From: Eledone cirrhosa
Taxonomy: Eukaryota
Length of the DNA stretch: 64,000 nucleotides
NCBI GenBank assembly: GCA_964016885.1
Contig: OZ024756.1
Coordinates: 13,454,001-13,518,000 of the forward strand
Direction: 5' to 3'
Each line of letters begins with the position of its first letter. Position 1 is the first letter of the stretch. The position numbers and the translations under genes are program-made. Below the pieces are notes generated by a model, which worked only from the letters and a program-made list of their open reading frames with translations, made no database searches and was not told the DNA's origin. Positions 43,710 through 56,933 of the stretch are shown here, piece after piece.

Positions 43710-46700
43710 CTACAGGCGCATGATCAGAGTAGGCCCACTCACGCGGGCCATTCTCGCCACATTCACCCACCTTTCAGTAAATGTACTGGGGGGCAGCACT
43801 TCTCTCTCCACCCTCACCTTCCTTTCCAAGTGAAACTTGAAGAAGTTGATGAGGGATTGGCCGAAGAGAAAAGTGTCTGTCTTCAGTCCTTTCAACCTGG
43901 TCCACCATGCAACCTCTTTCGCTACTGCCACCAGGCAGAGGAAAATTGCCTGCCCTTCCTGACCAAAAGAAGGCGGCGGGTCAATCTTCACTATGGACTC
44001 GGACGATAGCCGGATCCGTTCTACACGCGACAATAGCTGTTCGACATAACCCCACAAGTCAGCAATGCACGGACACTGGACGAGTGCGTGCAGAACGGTT
44101 TCGTCGCTCTGCGCGCATCTCGGGCAGGTTCGTCTGACAGCACTTCCGTGCCTGTAGAGTTTATCCCGAACCGGCAGCGCCCCCCGGTAGCACTGCCAAG
44201 CGAGGGATTTCTGGAAGTTATCCATCGTCCCCGGCTCGAAAGTCCTCCGGAACATACTGGTCAGTTCTACTTGGTTGACGCCCAGAGCCTCTCCTAGTAC
44301 GTCATCGCACTTGCCCTCCACTAATCCTCTATAGAAATCTTGAGTGGAAGTTCCACTGACCGCATTGCCCACCTTGCAGAGTGCAGTGAGCGCCTGGCAA
44401 CATTCCAGATGCCAGTCGCCCAGTCTCGGTCTCTTCTTGACCCAGGACTGCAGCTCAGTCAAAGAGATGAGCTGCGGAAAGGCCCGTCTAACAAACGGCG
44501 ACCACACCTGTTCACCGTTTAGGCAAAATATCTGGAGATGTCGCAGCCTCAGCGCATGTCTGCGCATCATTAGCCACGGCATGCCCAGCCCTCCACGAAG
44601 AGGGTGCTGGCAGCAGATGGACCGCCTCACCAACGGGACCCGTCCCCTCCACAAAAATTTGAAAAGGAGCCGTTCCAAATTGGCGAGGCGTGGACGGGGG
44701 CAAGGCACGACGGTCAGGCGGTAGTAGATGACGGACGCGATGTACGCGTTCGCCACCTCCGCCCGCCCTTTCAGTGATAGCTTTCTCTCAGCCCATTTCT
44801 GGGTGAGGTTGGCTATCCTGCTCGTCACCTCGTCCCAATTCTTATCCACCTGGAGGTCTGGTCCGAACCAAACCCCGAGCAACTTTACCGGTCCGTCTGT
44901 CCAGCGCCCAACGACGCTGTTGGACGGCATGGACTTGCCTCTCCAGGTGCCGAGCTGCAAGCCCACCGACTTTTCCGGGTTAAGTTTTGCTCCCGTCAAC
45001 CTTTCATATTCCTCCAAATGGGTGCGGATCACCTCGATTTCCGAGGTGTCCGACACCATCACGGTGATGTCGTCCGCATAAGCGGACGCAGCCTTTCTGC
45101 GTCCCGGTTCGAGCGGGATGCCCTGCAACAACTCCAGCTTCCGCAGTAGAGGCTCAAGAGTCAATACGTACAGAAGTGAGGAGAGAGGGCACCCTTGACG
45201 GACCGATCGAGAGATCTGAAACGGTTCCGAGAGGTGGCCATTAACTTTGACCACCGAGCGGATGCCGCTGTACATTGCAGCGATCCAGCTTCTGAAGACG
45301 GGGCCGAAGCCAGCCGCCTCGAGGACAGCCTCCAAGTACCGATGGTCGACCCTATCGAATGCTTTCGATTGATCTAAATTGATCAGAGCCCCACCGAAGC
45401 CAGGTTTGCACCCAACCCTCTCTATGATGTATCGCATGAGGTGGAGGTTGTCGTGTATGGACCTGGTCGGGATTGCGCAAGTTTGCGCCTCCCCAACCAA
45501 ATCCTCGACGACAAGCGCCAACCTTTTCGCTAACACCTTGGCCAAAATCTTAAACTCTGTGTTGAGCAGGGTTATGGGCCTGAAATTATCTAGTGTGTCC
45601 CTCTTGTTCTCGTCTTTCCTTATCAGCGTCACTACGCCACGGCTCACAGAACTGGGAATGCTCCCGTTCTGCTGCCAGTTGCAGTAGAGCGCTTCGAGGA
45701 GATCGGAGAACAAGTCTGGCATATTTACGTAAAGCTCGTAGGGCAGACCATCCAAACCGGGTGACTTGCGACTCGAGCAGCCGACAAGGGCGTCCTGAAT
45801 TTCGGCTGATGTTATCGGCTCTTCGCAGCGCTCAGCGTCGGCCGTCGAGAGGCGTGGCAAGCCGTCGAGGTAGGGACTGAAGTCCGCCGCCGTCTCCGAC
45901 TCACCCATCCTCCCGAACAATCGAGCAAAGTGCTGGCGAAAGGCCTCACACATCCGCTTGGAATCGCTCAGTTCGTGTCCATCTCGATCCGTCAAAGACC
46001 GAATTGTGGTTTTATTTCCACGCTGCGTCTCTGCAAAGCGAGCCCATCGGGCAGCTTTGGTTCCCTCGTTCCTCAGAGCACGCGCCTTAGCTCTGACAAT
46101 GCAACCTTCGTGTTTCGCATTGAAGAAATGGTCTAGTGCCATTCTCGCCGCTAGCACGTCTGTTGCAATGCCACTACAAATAGCCTCGTCTAACTTAGCT
46201 ATCAGCCCCTCCTCCTTTCTATTTTTCTCTATTGCTACTTCTTTGCTAAATCCTATCGAGGTTGCTCTAATCTCTCTTTTGAGTGCCCCCCACCACCTGT
46301 TGTTGACAACCCCCCCTGTCAACTTTTGCTTAACTAAGTTGTTGACCCGGTCCCTGTAAGCTTTACGTGCCGGAAACGACATGTTTAGCTTCCAGTAGCT
46401 AGGTCCTAACCTACGTGTCTTATCTAGGTCGACCATACAGATCACAAGCTTGTGATCTGAATAGGCAACCGTTTTAAAATGTGGACATCCTACACTATTT
46501 CTATCTCTTTTCCTAATGAAAATCCTATCTATGTACGATCTAGATGACCCTATGCGATTGGTCCAGGTCCATACTGGCGCATTAGGGAAATCTAGTCGGT
46601 ACCTGTCAGACAGTTGAAACTGGCTGATCAGGTACTTGAGGCTTTTGCACCCCCCGCTCCTATCAGATACTCCCACACAATCCCAGCGTGCTTCTAAGAT

Positions 46701-47129
46701 GCCATTCCAATCCCCTATTAACAGTAAAGGGCGAGACGTAAGCAGAAAGTTTTCCAGGCGCCTAAAGAAGTCCGGCCGACCGGCCCCAGTAGGGGCGTAG
46801 ACGGCCACCAGTCTAAAGGCACCACCTTCGCTATTGCTCACGTCCAGGACCACCAACTTTCCGTCAGGATCCCGGAAGATTGACCTTACCTCGAGATCCA
46901 GACATTTCCTAAACAGCACAGCCACTCCACCTCCCATTCCCGGCCGACTAACAGATGCAAAGATCTGATAATCGTCGAAAATCGGCGCCAGTGCGCGTGT
47001 GTCGGAAATTCTGGTCTCGCTGATGGCAATTACATCCATTCCTAGTGACCTGAGGTCGTTGAGCAAGTGACCTTGCTTCCAGGGCGACCCCAGGCCACGA
47101 ACATTTAAACTTCCTACTCTTATGGCCAT
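43710..47129 (-). CDS. LINE ORF2: APE endonuclease + reverse transcriptase + C-terminal CCHC
   Basis: 1139 aa intact. EN motifs SLNVRG, ISET, YAP, GDWN, IDRIF, SDH; RT motifs KSPGLDG, FRPITLLN, DQSKAFDRV, RQGCPLS, YADD; C-terminal CPRC...ETVLHALVQC. Confidence 0.96.
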   Translation of the reverse strand: MAIRVGSLNVRGLGSPWKQGHLLNDLRSLGMDVIAISETRISDTRALAPIFDDYQIFASVSRPGMGGGVAVLFRKCLDLEVRSIFRDPDGKLVVLDVSNSEGGAFRLVAVYAPTGAGRPDFFRRLENFLLTSRPLLLIGDWNGILEARWDCVGVSDRSGGCKSLKYLISQFQLSDRYRLDFPNAPVWTWTNRIGSSRSYIDRIFIRKRDRNSVGCPHFKTVAYSDHKLVICMVDLDKTRRLGPSYWKLNMSFPARKAYRDRVNNLVKQKLTGGVVNNRWWGALKREIRATSIGFSKEVAIEKNRKEEGLIAKLDEAICSGIATDVLAARMALDHFFNAKHEGCIVRAKARALRNEGTKAARWARFAETQRGNKTTIRSLTDRDGHELSDSKRMCEAFRQHFARLFGRMGESETAADFSPYLDGLPRLSTADAERCEEPITSAEIQDALVGCSSRKSPGLDGLPYELYVNMPDLFSDLLEALYCNWQQNGSIPSSVSRGVVTLIRKDENKRDTLDNFRPITLLNTEFKILAKVLAKRLALVVEDLVGEAQTCAIPTRSIHDNLHLMRYIIERVGCKPGFGGALINLDQSKAFDRVDHRYLEAVLEAAGFGPVFRSWIAAMYSGIRSVVKVNGHLSEPFQISRSVRQGCPLSSLLYVLTLEPLLRKLELLQGIPLEPGRRKAASAYADDITVMVSDTSEIEVIRTHLEEYERLTGAKLNPEKSVGLQLGTWRGKSMPSNSVVGRWTDGPVKLLGVWFGPDLQVDKNWDEVTSRIANLTQKWAERKLSLKGRAEVANAYIASVIYYRLTVVPCPRPRLANLERLLFKFLWRGRVPLVRRSICCQHPLRGGLGMPWLMMRRHALRLRHLQIFCLNGEQVWSPFVRRAFPQLISLTELQSWVKKRPRLGDWHLECCQALTALCKVGNAVSGTSTQDFYRGLVEGKCDDVLGEALGVNQVELTSMFRRTFEPGTMDNFQKSLAWQCYRGALPVRDKLYRHGSAVRRTCPRCAQSDETVLHALVQCPCIADLWGYVEQLLSRVERIRLSSESIVKIDPPPSFGQEGQAIFLCLVAVAKEVAWWTRLKGLKTDTFLFGQSLINFFKFHLERKVRVEREVLPPSTFTERWVNVARMARVSGPTLIMRL

Positions 47130-47158
47130 GCTGGCAGGATGAATGGGAGAGGAAAGGT

Positions 47159-49069
47159 TTACTTACCTTCCGGGGTCTTGTGAAGGTCGGGTGGTTCGAC
47201 CTCCATGGTTTGTGGGGTTTCTTTTGGGAACCCCTTTAATAGTCTTGACGTGGGTTTTACGTTCGGGGTTCCCACATCCCGAGGAAAGCTCTTTCGAATT
47301 TCTTTGTATGAAGCGAGCGACATTCGCATCAGAAGCAAATTATCTGGTACGCGAAATGTGCTCGCTTCAAATGTTTCCCCGTCTTTTTCGATGTTTGTGC
47401 TTCGTGCTACATGGGCCATCAATTCCTTGTTGGCCCTTCTGGCAAGCACGAAGTTTTTAATGTTTTGTTGCTCGGGTTTTATTTGTTCGTGTGATTGTGG
47501 TGGTGATAGCTTTGTTAGTGTTGTTTCTATTGTGTCTGCGTTTGTTGTGGGTGGGGTGTCTGTAGTTTCTGATGTTTGTGTGTCTATTTGTTCTTGTGTC
47601 TGTTTAGCTTGTTTGCGTTTGGGGGATTTTGGTGGTTGTGTTGGTGATGCTGTGGGGAAAATGTTTGTGTGGGTGGTGTGTGTATTTTTTTTTGTGGGGG
47701 TGTTTGTGCTTTGTGGATTTCTTTTTTTTTTGTGTTTTGTTTTTTGTATTTTGGGGGACTTTGGTTTTCCCTCATCTTCACTGCTGGAGGATGAGGGGTC
47801 TGTGGCTGTGAGCGTGTTTGTGTCTGAGTGAGTGTTTATGTTCTTGTTCGTGTGTGTATTTTGGGGGGGAGGGGGAATGGGAGAGCTTTCCTCGTTTCCC
47901 CCCTGGGTGTGCAATTTTGGTGGTTCCATTGTTGACGGTGTTGCTGGTGGTCCTTGTCCCGGCGTCGCCAGCAGTGGAATCTTTCGACCCCTTGCGCTTT
48001 TCGGCAGTTGAGGGCAGAAGGCTCGCAAGTGTGTCGTTTCCCCACAAAGGAAACAATGCGGCCTTTTGCCCTCAGTCATTATATGCAACACCCTCCCGTT
48101 TTGGAGGCGGATGTGGTCCGGGATTGTTTTTACGTTTTCGGGTCTGATTTGGAGCAGTATCTCCAGATCAACCCCGGACCAGTCGTCCCTGGCAGTTCTC
48201 GTTGCCTCTACCGGGACTGTATCCGTTCCTTCCACGATTACGCAACCCAGGAGCCACCACATATCAAGTCCTGGTGGAATCCTGGGAATGCGCACACGTG
48301 CTATTCGTTTTCCCATGTGGGAGGGGTACATTATGACCTTGCTGGTTTTGCAAGGGGTCATTGAATGCTTCACAGCGAGGGCTTCAGACTTGAACAGCAC
48401 CGAAACGGTGCCGTATTGCCTGCCCCTCTCTATGAAGTCTGTGTCCTCTCTGATGTATTTCAGTGCGGCTTCTATGTCAGCTTGGGCGATTATCGCTGCC
48501 CTCTTTGTCTCTACTGAGATGCATCTGAAATGCACCGTTCTTTTTTCCACTGCCTCAATGGCTTCTGCCGGGACAGTTAAGTTTGCCCAGGTCTGCTCTT
48601 GATTTATGATTTTCCAGGCCTGGGCCAACTTTTCCTCTCTGTTGGTTAGGTCGATGCTGTAGCATGGTCTCCTTTTAGCCGCTGCCACAGCAGCGAAAGT
48701 GTTCTTGTTGGTGTTGTCACTGTTGTTGTTCTTGTTGGTGTTGCTGCTGCTATTGCTGTTGTTGTTCTCCCCTGTGTCGTGGTTACCTTCTGTGCTGTTG
48801 GCCTTGTTGGTGCTGCTGCTGTCGCTACTATTACTCTCTGTGCTGTTCGTTTTGTTGGTGCTCTCGCTATTACCACCTTCTGCGCTGTTCGGCTTGTTGG
48901 TGTTGGTGTTGTCGCTGTTACCACCTTCCGCGCCGCTCGGCCCGTTGGTGCTGGCACTGTCGCTGCTCACATTCGTGCTGGTGGCGCTCCTCGCCTCACC
49001 TCTCCTCTCAACGCTCAAGTCGCCGTTGCACGACAGCAGACCCGCCTCTAGGGGGCGTGGCTCCGCCAT
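47159..49069 (-). CDS. LINE ORF1 protein (gag-like, CCHC zinc knuckle)
   Basis: 636-aa intact ORF with CFLCGETTHLRAFC (CX2CX4HX4C) and N/S-rich and P/K-rich low-complexity ends; lies directly upstream of ORF2. Confidence 0.88.
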   Translation of the reverse strand: MAEPRPLEAGLLSCNGDLSVERRGEARSATSTNVSSDSASTNGPSGAEGGNSDNTNTNKPNSAEGGNSESTNKTNSTESNSSDSSSTNKANSTEGNHDTGENNNSNSSSNTNKNNNSDNTNKNTFAAVAAAKRRPCYSIDLTNREEKLAQAWKIINQEQTWANLTVPAEAIEAVEKRTVHFRCISVETKRAAIIAQADIEAALKYIREDTDFIERGRQYGTVSVLFKSEALAVKHSMTPCKTSKVIMYPSHMGKRIARVRIPRIPPGLDMWWLLGCVIVEGTDTVPVEATRTARDDWSGVDLEILLQIRPENVKTIPDHIRLQNGRVLHIMTEGKRPHCFLCGETTHLRAFCPQLPKSARGRKIPLLATPGQGPPATPSTMEPPKLHTQGGNEESSPIPPPPQNTHTNKNINTHSDTNTLTATDPSSSSSEDEGKPKSPKIQKTKHKKKRNPQSTNTPTKKNTHTTHTNIFPTASPTQPPKSPKRKQAKQTQEQIDTQTSETTDTPPTTNADTIETTLTKLSPPQSHEQIKPEQQNIKNFVLARRANKELMAHVARSTNIEKDGETFEASTFRVPDNLLLMRMSLASYKEIRKSFPRDVGTPNVKPTSRLLKGFPKETPQTMEVEPPDLHKTPEGK

Positions 49070-49278
49070 GTTTTTTTGAGAAAAAAATTATTATTTTTTT
49101 CAAAATAAAGTTCAAATATTTGGGCCAAAAGGCCCAAATATTATGAGTTATTCCTTCACAGGATACAAATTAATGTCTTATAATGCTTCAGCGGTACAAA
49201 AAATAAACAATTCTCTACAATTAATCCTCAAAAATTGCTTACTCACGGAGCTTCAAAAAACGTACATCCACTTTCGTC

Positions 49279-49333
<55 letters not shown>

Positions 49334-49559
49334 GTAATAATAATGGGTTACATTATCGTAAAAGAGGATAGAAAGAAGAGGTATAAAAAGGTGCGATACA
49401 GAATATTACATGCCAAAAGCGGATGCGTAAGTGCTCAATGCTTGGGTTATCAGGGTTAAATATTAGAGAAAGTTAATATTTAGTGTAAAGGACCAGCAGA
49501 GCTGTAAAAGCAAAAGAATGATTGAATGAAAGAGTTGCCAGACGTTAAAACATATCTTT

Positions 49560-51318
49560 ATATAGCTCTTGCACGTGTTTCGCCCAAGGGGGCTCATCGG
49601 AGGCAGATATTAAAAGCAAAGTTTTTAATTACAGACCCTAAGGGGTTAAATAATAACTTTACATCGCCATGCATTGTAATTTTAAATGTTATTGGTATAA
49701 ACACGGTGAAAGGAGTATAGTTTGCTAAGGGAGGTAATTGCCGGTGTCAGTATAACTTATGACCAGAACCAGCTATGGAAAAAAGATTTTTATTTAAAAG
49801 GAATTAACATATGTGGGCTTGGTCAACTCCGTATAAATGATGCCGTGTTTAGGTGTGAATATGATAGACTATTGGTAAAGTCGTTAAACACTGCACACAG
49901 GTATACCTAATGCAAGGGGGCACGTACGGTGCGAATTTGAAGGCCTAGAAAAATAATGTCGATTTGGATCGAACTTGTATGTTCATATGATTAATTATCT
50001 AAGAAGTTATTCGGGTTTAGGCAGCAGGTTCATAAGATTACTTAAACCTGGTCAGGCCAAGAAGAAGAATATAGTAGGGTGGGCTCCATTCGATAGGTGC
50101 TGTACAACTTCCTGGTGGGAAAACAGATGGTGTTATTCCACGTTGTATAAAGGTAAGCCTACCGCAGGCAGGTCAGGCTCGGGTGCGGTGTTGAGAGCCT
50201 CAGGTATTATAGTGGTTATTCAGTTGTTGGGGTTCATCTGTAGAATGATTGTTGTTGTCGGTGGCCGCAATTGATGACTGTTTCGGCCCGACTATTTATG
50301 AGCTCCTGGGGTGCTTACACTATATAATACAGTTCCATTAGGCAGAGCTGGCAGCCTTTTTTGAAATTATAAGGTGTTGCTTTGTTCACAATTTTCCATT
50401 TTGTGGTATAATCAGTTAATTGGGTAATATAATTAGCGAGGGATGTAGAGTATCTAAGTTTCCTATTCCTAAAAGAGTGGTGATGCGGTCGAAATCTAGT
50501 CTTGAACTCCCCTGAAGTAGCTCTTATGTACGACTTAACACTATTAAAACTAGTAACGGTGCATTTACAGATTACGTTTCTAGTTAAGCAGTAGCCTCGG
50601 AGTGGACAGTTGACAGGGTTACGACAATTGCAATGTTTTTTTGTTGTCACCTCTAAGGCGGTGAGGGCTGGTGTTAATCCTATTACTATTATTATCACCA
50701 TCATCTTAGTTGCTATTATTGTGGTCGGCACTATTATTGTTATATTCATGCGAAATAGTGCTATTTCTATTTCTCGTGTTATAGCGTCTTCTACAGCCGT
50801 TGTTATAGTTGCTATGGTTTCTAACCTTGTCGTCGGTCACACTACTGGCACTGTGATTAATTTCTAAGGTGGTGTTATTGTGCATACTACTGTTGACATT
50901 AAGATTCCTGTCCTGGTTACTAATATCGTTACCGTGCCGGGTGACCGAATTGTTAAGGTTGACCGAGTTGGCATGTTCCCTAATGTTCGCATTACAGGCA
51001 ATCTAGTGAGCTTACTGTGGTTGCTTATTGCTATGAGGTCGGCTAAATTAGGTGTAGTGGAATAGGAAATTTTGACGTTATTCTTGTTGAGGATTTTTCG
51101 GTATCTGTGGTTAGGTGGGAAGTTCCTCTGTAAGGCGTCGAAAAAGATTCTGGGTAAATTGGAGGCCACACTCTGAGAGTAGGGAGGATGGAACCATAAG
51201 ATATTACGCCGGCGTTTACGCGTTATTCTGGGGTTATTGCGGATGTTATTGCCGTGGTGGGTATCAAGGCAGTAGGGCTGCTGGCTAATGTGTGCTCTGT
51301 TAGCATTATGCCTATGTG

Positions 51319-51320
<2 letters not shown>
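49560..51320 (-). mobile_element. Degenerate Penelope-like element 3' part (different family)
   Basis: Encodes WFHPPYSQSVASNL...FPPNHRYRKILNKNNVKISYSTTPN and CNCRNPVNCPLRGYCL...SYI..T...FKTRF..H..SF (GIY-YIG region); a degenerate HHR lies downstream at 49565. Confidence 0.8.
49565..49604 (-). ncRNA. Degenerate hammerhead motif
   Basis: CCGAUGA-GCCC ccuu GGGC-GAAA-CACGUG-ca; two core deviations (U4C and U16.1C). Confidence 0.55.
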
Positions 51321-51371
<51 letters not shown>

Positions 51372-51419
51372 GTAGTGACGAAACATAAGTCAATTGCATG
51401 AACTCATAATCCTTTATTT

Positions 51420-51475
51420 ACTGCTTTATATATTTCGATGATAGCCATTGAATGGCTATGACCTCATCAGGCAGT
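51420..51475 (-). ncRNA. Hammerhead motif (cleavage triplet mutated)
   Basis: ACUGC-CUGAUGA-ggucauagccau uca auggcuaucauc-GAAA-UAUAUA-aa-GCAGU. Confidence 0.7.
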
Positions 51476-51519
51476 TAGTCAGTTCTTAGATATGCCAGCT
51501 CTGTGTGTATAGTGTTGAT

Positions 51520-51591
<72 letters not shown>

Positions 51592-52662
51592 GTTATTATT
51601 GCACCGACGTGAGGTATATGATTTTTAATGCAATGAAATATCTATGATCGTCGGCAAATCACTGATGAGGGACTTATTTTATTACATGTTATCCATGTGC
51701 TACCAGCAGTATTTTTCTCCCCATTTTATCATATATATATATATATATATATAAAATAACAGATTAACGTTTAAGCAAAGAATCGTAAAATGTAATGCAT
51801 GAAAAATTTGAAAACATTATTTTTTGTAATATATCAAATCAAAATTACATTATTAAATCTTATTCTTATTTTGTTTCTTGAAAATAATTTTTTCAAAATA
51901 TCAATTCCAAACTTTTGTGAATAGGCATCATATCTTCTCATTTACCTATGGTTTAAATTTCATATAAATCTAAGGGAAAAATTTTTCAGCGAGGGTTTGT
52001 CGCCCCCCCCCCCCCCCCCCCGGGAACCCTAATAAGGCGTTTAACCACCATTAGGGTGTCTTAATATTATTGAAATTAGCTGAAATTTTGTGAATAGTCA
52101 TCATGTCTTGTCATTTACCTATGGTTTAAATTTCATATAAATCGAAGGGAAAACATTTCCAGTGGGGGTTTGTGGCCTCGGGGAACCCTTTCATTAAAAT
52201 GAAATATACTTATCCAACTACCCTGAGCAATGTAGTTTCAGAATATATATGGTTATGTGGGTCTATCTCCAAAACCATAGGAGGAGTTCGTGAACAAACA
52301 AACAAACAAATAGACAGGAATACAACTTTATATATATATATATAGATATGTGTGTGTGTATGTGTGTTCTAGTATGTTCTTTGTAATCAAATTATACCAT
52401 CGTAGTATCGCGAGAACGAACGAACAGAAGAATGGATTGAAAGAATATAGTGTGTGATATATGTCAGGTGGGATTGTCTGTACACACGCTTCTACACTCA
52501 CCCCTATATTCCAATAGCTCTGTTATGGTCAGAAACATATTCTTTTACAGCTAATACAGACCAACAAAATAGGCACACCCCACTTTTCCCTTCACAACTC
52601 TGTATACACACATACACACACCCTTATATTAACATACCTTTGCTCATAGCTTCGTACTTACA

Positions 52663-52771
<109 letters not shown>

Positions 52772-53083
52772 ACTTACATATACACACACATATATTCTTA
52801 GCTTCGTACGGACATATAATAACACACACACGCACACGCACACACATACACATACGCACGTGCACAAGTATAGCCCTTTATACAAAACGGGTTTGTTTTT
52901 TTTCCATTTCAGGTAGACGCGCTCCATCATCCACTTTTCTAAAAAAATATATCATACACAAAACGCCAGCACCAACAGTTTTGCAAGAGATGTCAACATG
53001 AATGGACCTGTTATTTTTATCTAAAGGCATTTTTCCTGTTCCACCTCGCCCATCCCTTCAATCAATCTAATTTCTCATTCTTT

Positions 53084-53118
53084 TTTCTGATAAAGGACTA
53101 ACGTCCGAAACGTTAAGA
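53084..53118 (+). ncRNA. Degenerate minimal hammerhead motif
   Basis: CUGAUaA-a-GGAC uaac GUCC-GAAA-cgu-UA-aga; a related degenerate copy at about 12293-12333 (-) retains CUGAUGA. Confidence 0.55.
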
Positions 53119-53279
53119 CTCTCTCTCTTCCTGCTATATCAAGCGTTAACCTAATATACACCTTCCATATACTGTACCGAACAAGTTTCGCGTAAATGGG
53201 TGCACGGGGCTCAAGATACAGAAGTTTTCCTGTTACCTTCATAAAGAGAGAGAGAGAGGGAGTGGACACAGAGAAGGGG

Positions 53280-53355
<76 letters not shown>

Positions 53356-53386
53356 CTAGTGGTGTTGTTGTGTACATATGTATATG

Positions 53387-53420
<34 letters not shown>

Positions 53421-53628
53421 GTATTAAGGGTACTATTTATGGTTATGTATGCAATAAAACCTTTGATGGTAATATATTATATATACACAAACCCTAAATA
53501 GTGAGAGATAGTCATTAATTACTATCCTATTACCAGTAAGATAAATAGCTCAATGTAATAACACCAGTTGTTTTACAGAGCAGTTATATAGAGATTACAG
53601 TAATCAAAGTTCAGTTTAAGTAATTTAT

Positions 53629-53677
53629 TTGCTTACAATTGTTTCCTCCAAACCGAGGTTTGGATTCTTCGGAGCAA
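53629..53677 (-). ncRNA. Type I hammerhead motif, U4C variant
   Basis: UUGCU-CCGAAGA-a UCCAAACC uc GGUUUGGA g-GAAA-CAAUUG-UA-AGCAA, overlapping AAUAAA. Confidence 0.72.
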
Positions 53678-54827
53678 CTATTTATAACATACTTGACCTC
53701 CTTTTCAACCCAAGAGACACATAAAACATATGCGCATATTGATCAACAGTGGGGTGACATTCATCAAATGATATAGCATGGCAATTTACATATAAAGCTT
53801 ACAGGATAAAAATAAAATAAAATAAAAACAAGAGTGAAAATAAGAGTGAAAATAAAGATAAACATGAAGCGTTGGCAGTCTATGAAGATAAAGCAAGAGG
53901 AAAGCTTAGAGTAGTCAGTGTATGAAACAATCTCCCGTGTAGCATGCACGCGTGTCTTATCTATACATGATTAGAGTGCGTCAGAATGATATTTGCAGGG
54001 TCAGGCAGTTGAAGCAGGCAATCGATCTTATTATATAGGCTGAATTATTAAGTCATTTATTCTCATACATCTGTATGATATACAGTCTCGGATGCGGGGA
54101 AACACCAAAATATCAAAAACCTTCAACATACTATAAACCTTATTGTATCGTAGGCAAGGTCGTACCACTGTCCTTGCTCACACCACCACTCACATAATCC
54201 ATGAGACGCAATATATATATAGAGAACACGCGTCTATCGTATAATTCGCAGTGGTTCAGCATATAGTCAAGCTATAAACAGTATCCAGTCGGTTCTTAAT
54301 TAATATATCATGCTGTCCAGATTCCGGAAGTGCCTGAATGACTAAGGGGAATTAATGCGTAAGGGGAGGTAACTAGCTAGTTATCTTAGTTACATTACTA
54401 TGCTAAACTACATTAATGGTGATTCAAATACGTGCCTATCATGTGAAGTTATAACTAATATCTAGAGTATGTTACCCATTTATAGGTTAGAGAGTTGTCT
54501 ATTAAGAAGTACAAGGGTGTATATATTAGGATGATTACCATCCATTAATTATAAATAGGTTGACAAATTGAAAATTGCGATATATATTTGTTTTGCGAGG
54601 TTTTTGATATATATATATATATATATATATATACGTAGGTCCCGGGTTGAGTCGGGGATAACCACAGTAAGTAAGGTACTCAATACATGGCAGAGTAAAC
54701 ATTTTTTTTATTTTATAGAAGGAGCTTCTACAGGACTAGTATTGTTTCATTGAGATGAAATCTTACGGAAGATTTCATCTGAATGAAACAGTACTAGTCC
54801 TGTAGAAGCTCCTTCTATAAAATAAAA

Positions 54828-54920
<93 letters not shown>

Positions 54921-55191
54921 CGAGAATCGGAACCTCGGCCCACGAAATAACGAAACACAATCTTCGAAATGTGTGGCAAAGTGCTCAATAGTTTGGATAA
55001 ACCAGAGCTATAACTAACGTTTAAATACCAACACACTGAGACGATGCTTAAACAATCATTCGCACACCCGAAAACACGACCAAGAAAATTCGGGTCAGAC
55101 AAATAAAAATATATATGAATGAAAAATAAAATATATATATATATAAACATGCCTCGCAAAACAAATATATATATATATATATTGTATAGTT

Positions 55192-55885
<694 letters not shown>

Positions 55886-55994
55886 ATATTGTATAGAGTT
55901 TAGCTTAAAGCTTTCTCTGTTATTGTGTTAAATATATATATATATATAGTATTTGTCTCTGAATGACCTTTTCTAAAGCAAAACTATTGGTTCC

Positions 55995-56240
55995 CTTCCC
56001 TGTCATCTTTCCCTCCCCCCATCTCTCACACCAACCACCCCTCTCTCTAAATAACTTCCCCTGTCATCCTTCCCTCCCACCATCTCTCACACCAACCACC
56101 CCTCTCTCTAAATAACTTCCCCTGTCACCCTTGCCTCCCACTATCTCTCACACCAACCAGCCCCTCTCTCTAAATAACTTCCCCTGTCATCCCCCCCACC
56201 ATCTCTCACGCCAACCACCTCTCTCTCTAAATAACCTTCA
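55995..56240. repeat. About 60-bp pyrimidine-rich tandem repeat x4
   Basis: Recurrent CATCTCTCACACCAACCACCCCTCTCTCTAAATAACTTCCCCTGTCA. Confidence 0.8.
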
Positions 56241-56382
56241 CTCCATCTTCTCCCCCCCCTCTCTCTCTCTCTCTCTCTCTTACACTCTTACCAACGCCCA
56301 CACCTACATTTCACTGTTTTGTTGCTAACACCAACTTTACTATCACTATTGACGCAAAGAGCAATTGTAACAGAATACGTAA

Positions 56383-56413
<31 letters not shown>

Positions 56414-56419
56414 TCTGTA

Positions 56420-56473
<54 letters not shown>

Positions 56474-56597
56474 TGCAGACAGACATACAGTGTTAGTGAG
56501 AGAGGGAGATGGAAAGAATGGGATAAAATGTGACAAAGATACAGATATATATATATATGTGTGTGTATATATAATTATATATATACATACATATATA

Positions 56598-56761
<164 letters not shown>

Positions 56762-56867
56762 ATATATATTTATATATTTATATATATATTTATATATATA
56801 TTTATATATATATATTTATATATATACGATATTAAATAAATGGAAACTATATTTATAAAACCATATC

Positions 56868-56933
56868 TATTTCATTATATATATTTCAGGGATATCATAT
56901 TAACAATATGCTATGCCTTCCTCAGACAAAATA
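56868..56933 (-). ncRNA. Type I hammerhead motif (paralog of 35919), left arm of palindrome
   Basis: UAUUUUGU-CUGAGGA-aggcauagcauauuguuaauaugauaucccu-GAAA-UAUAUA-UA-AUGAAAUA; stem I is kept through G-U pairs. Confidence 0.8.

Larger units (their letters stand above)
43456..49278 (-). mobile_element. Full-length L1/Tx1-clade non-LTR retrotransposon (about 5.8 kb)
   Basis: 5'UTR, ORF1, 29-bp spacer, ORF2 and a 3'UTR with AATAAA just before an (ATT)n tract; (ATT)n also abuts the 5' end. Confidence 0.92.

Noticed and set aside
43907-49079. Plus-strand ORFs overlapping the LINE
   Set aside because: Antisense shadows of the GC-richer ORF1/ORF2 with no independent motifs.
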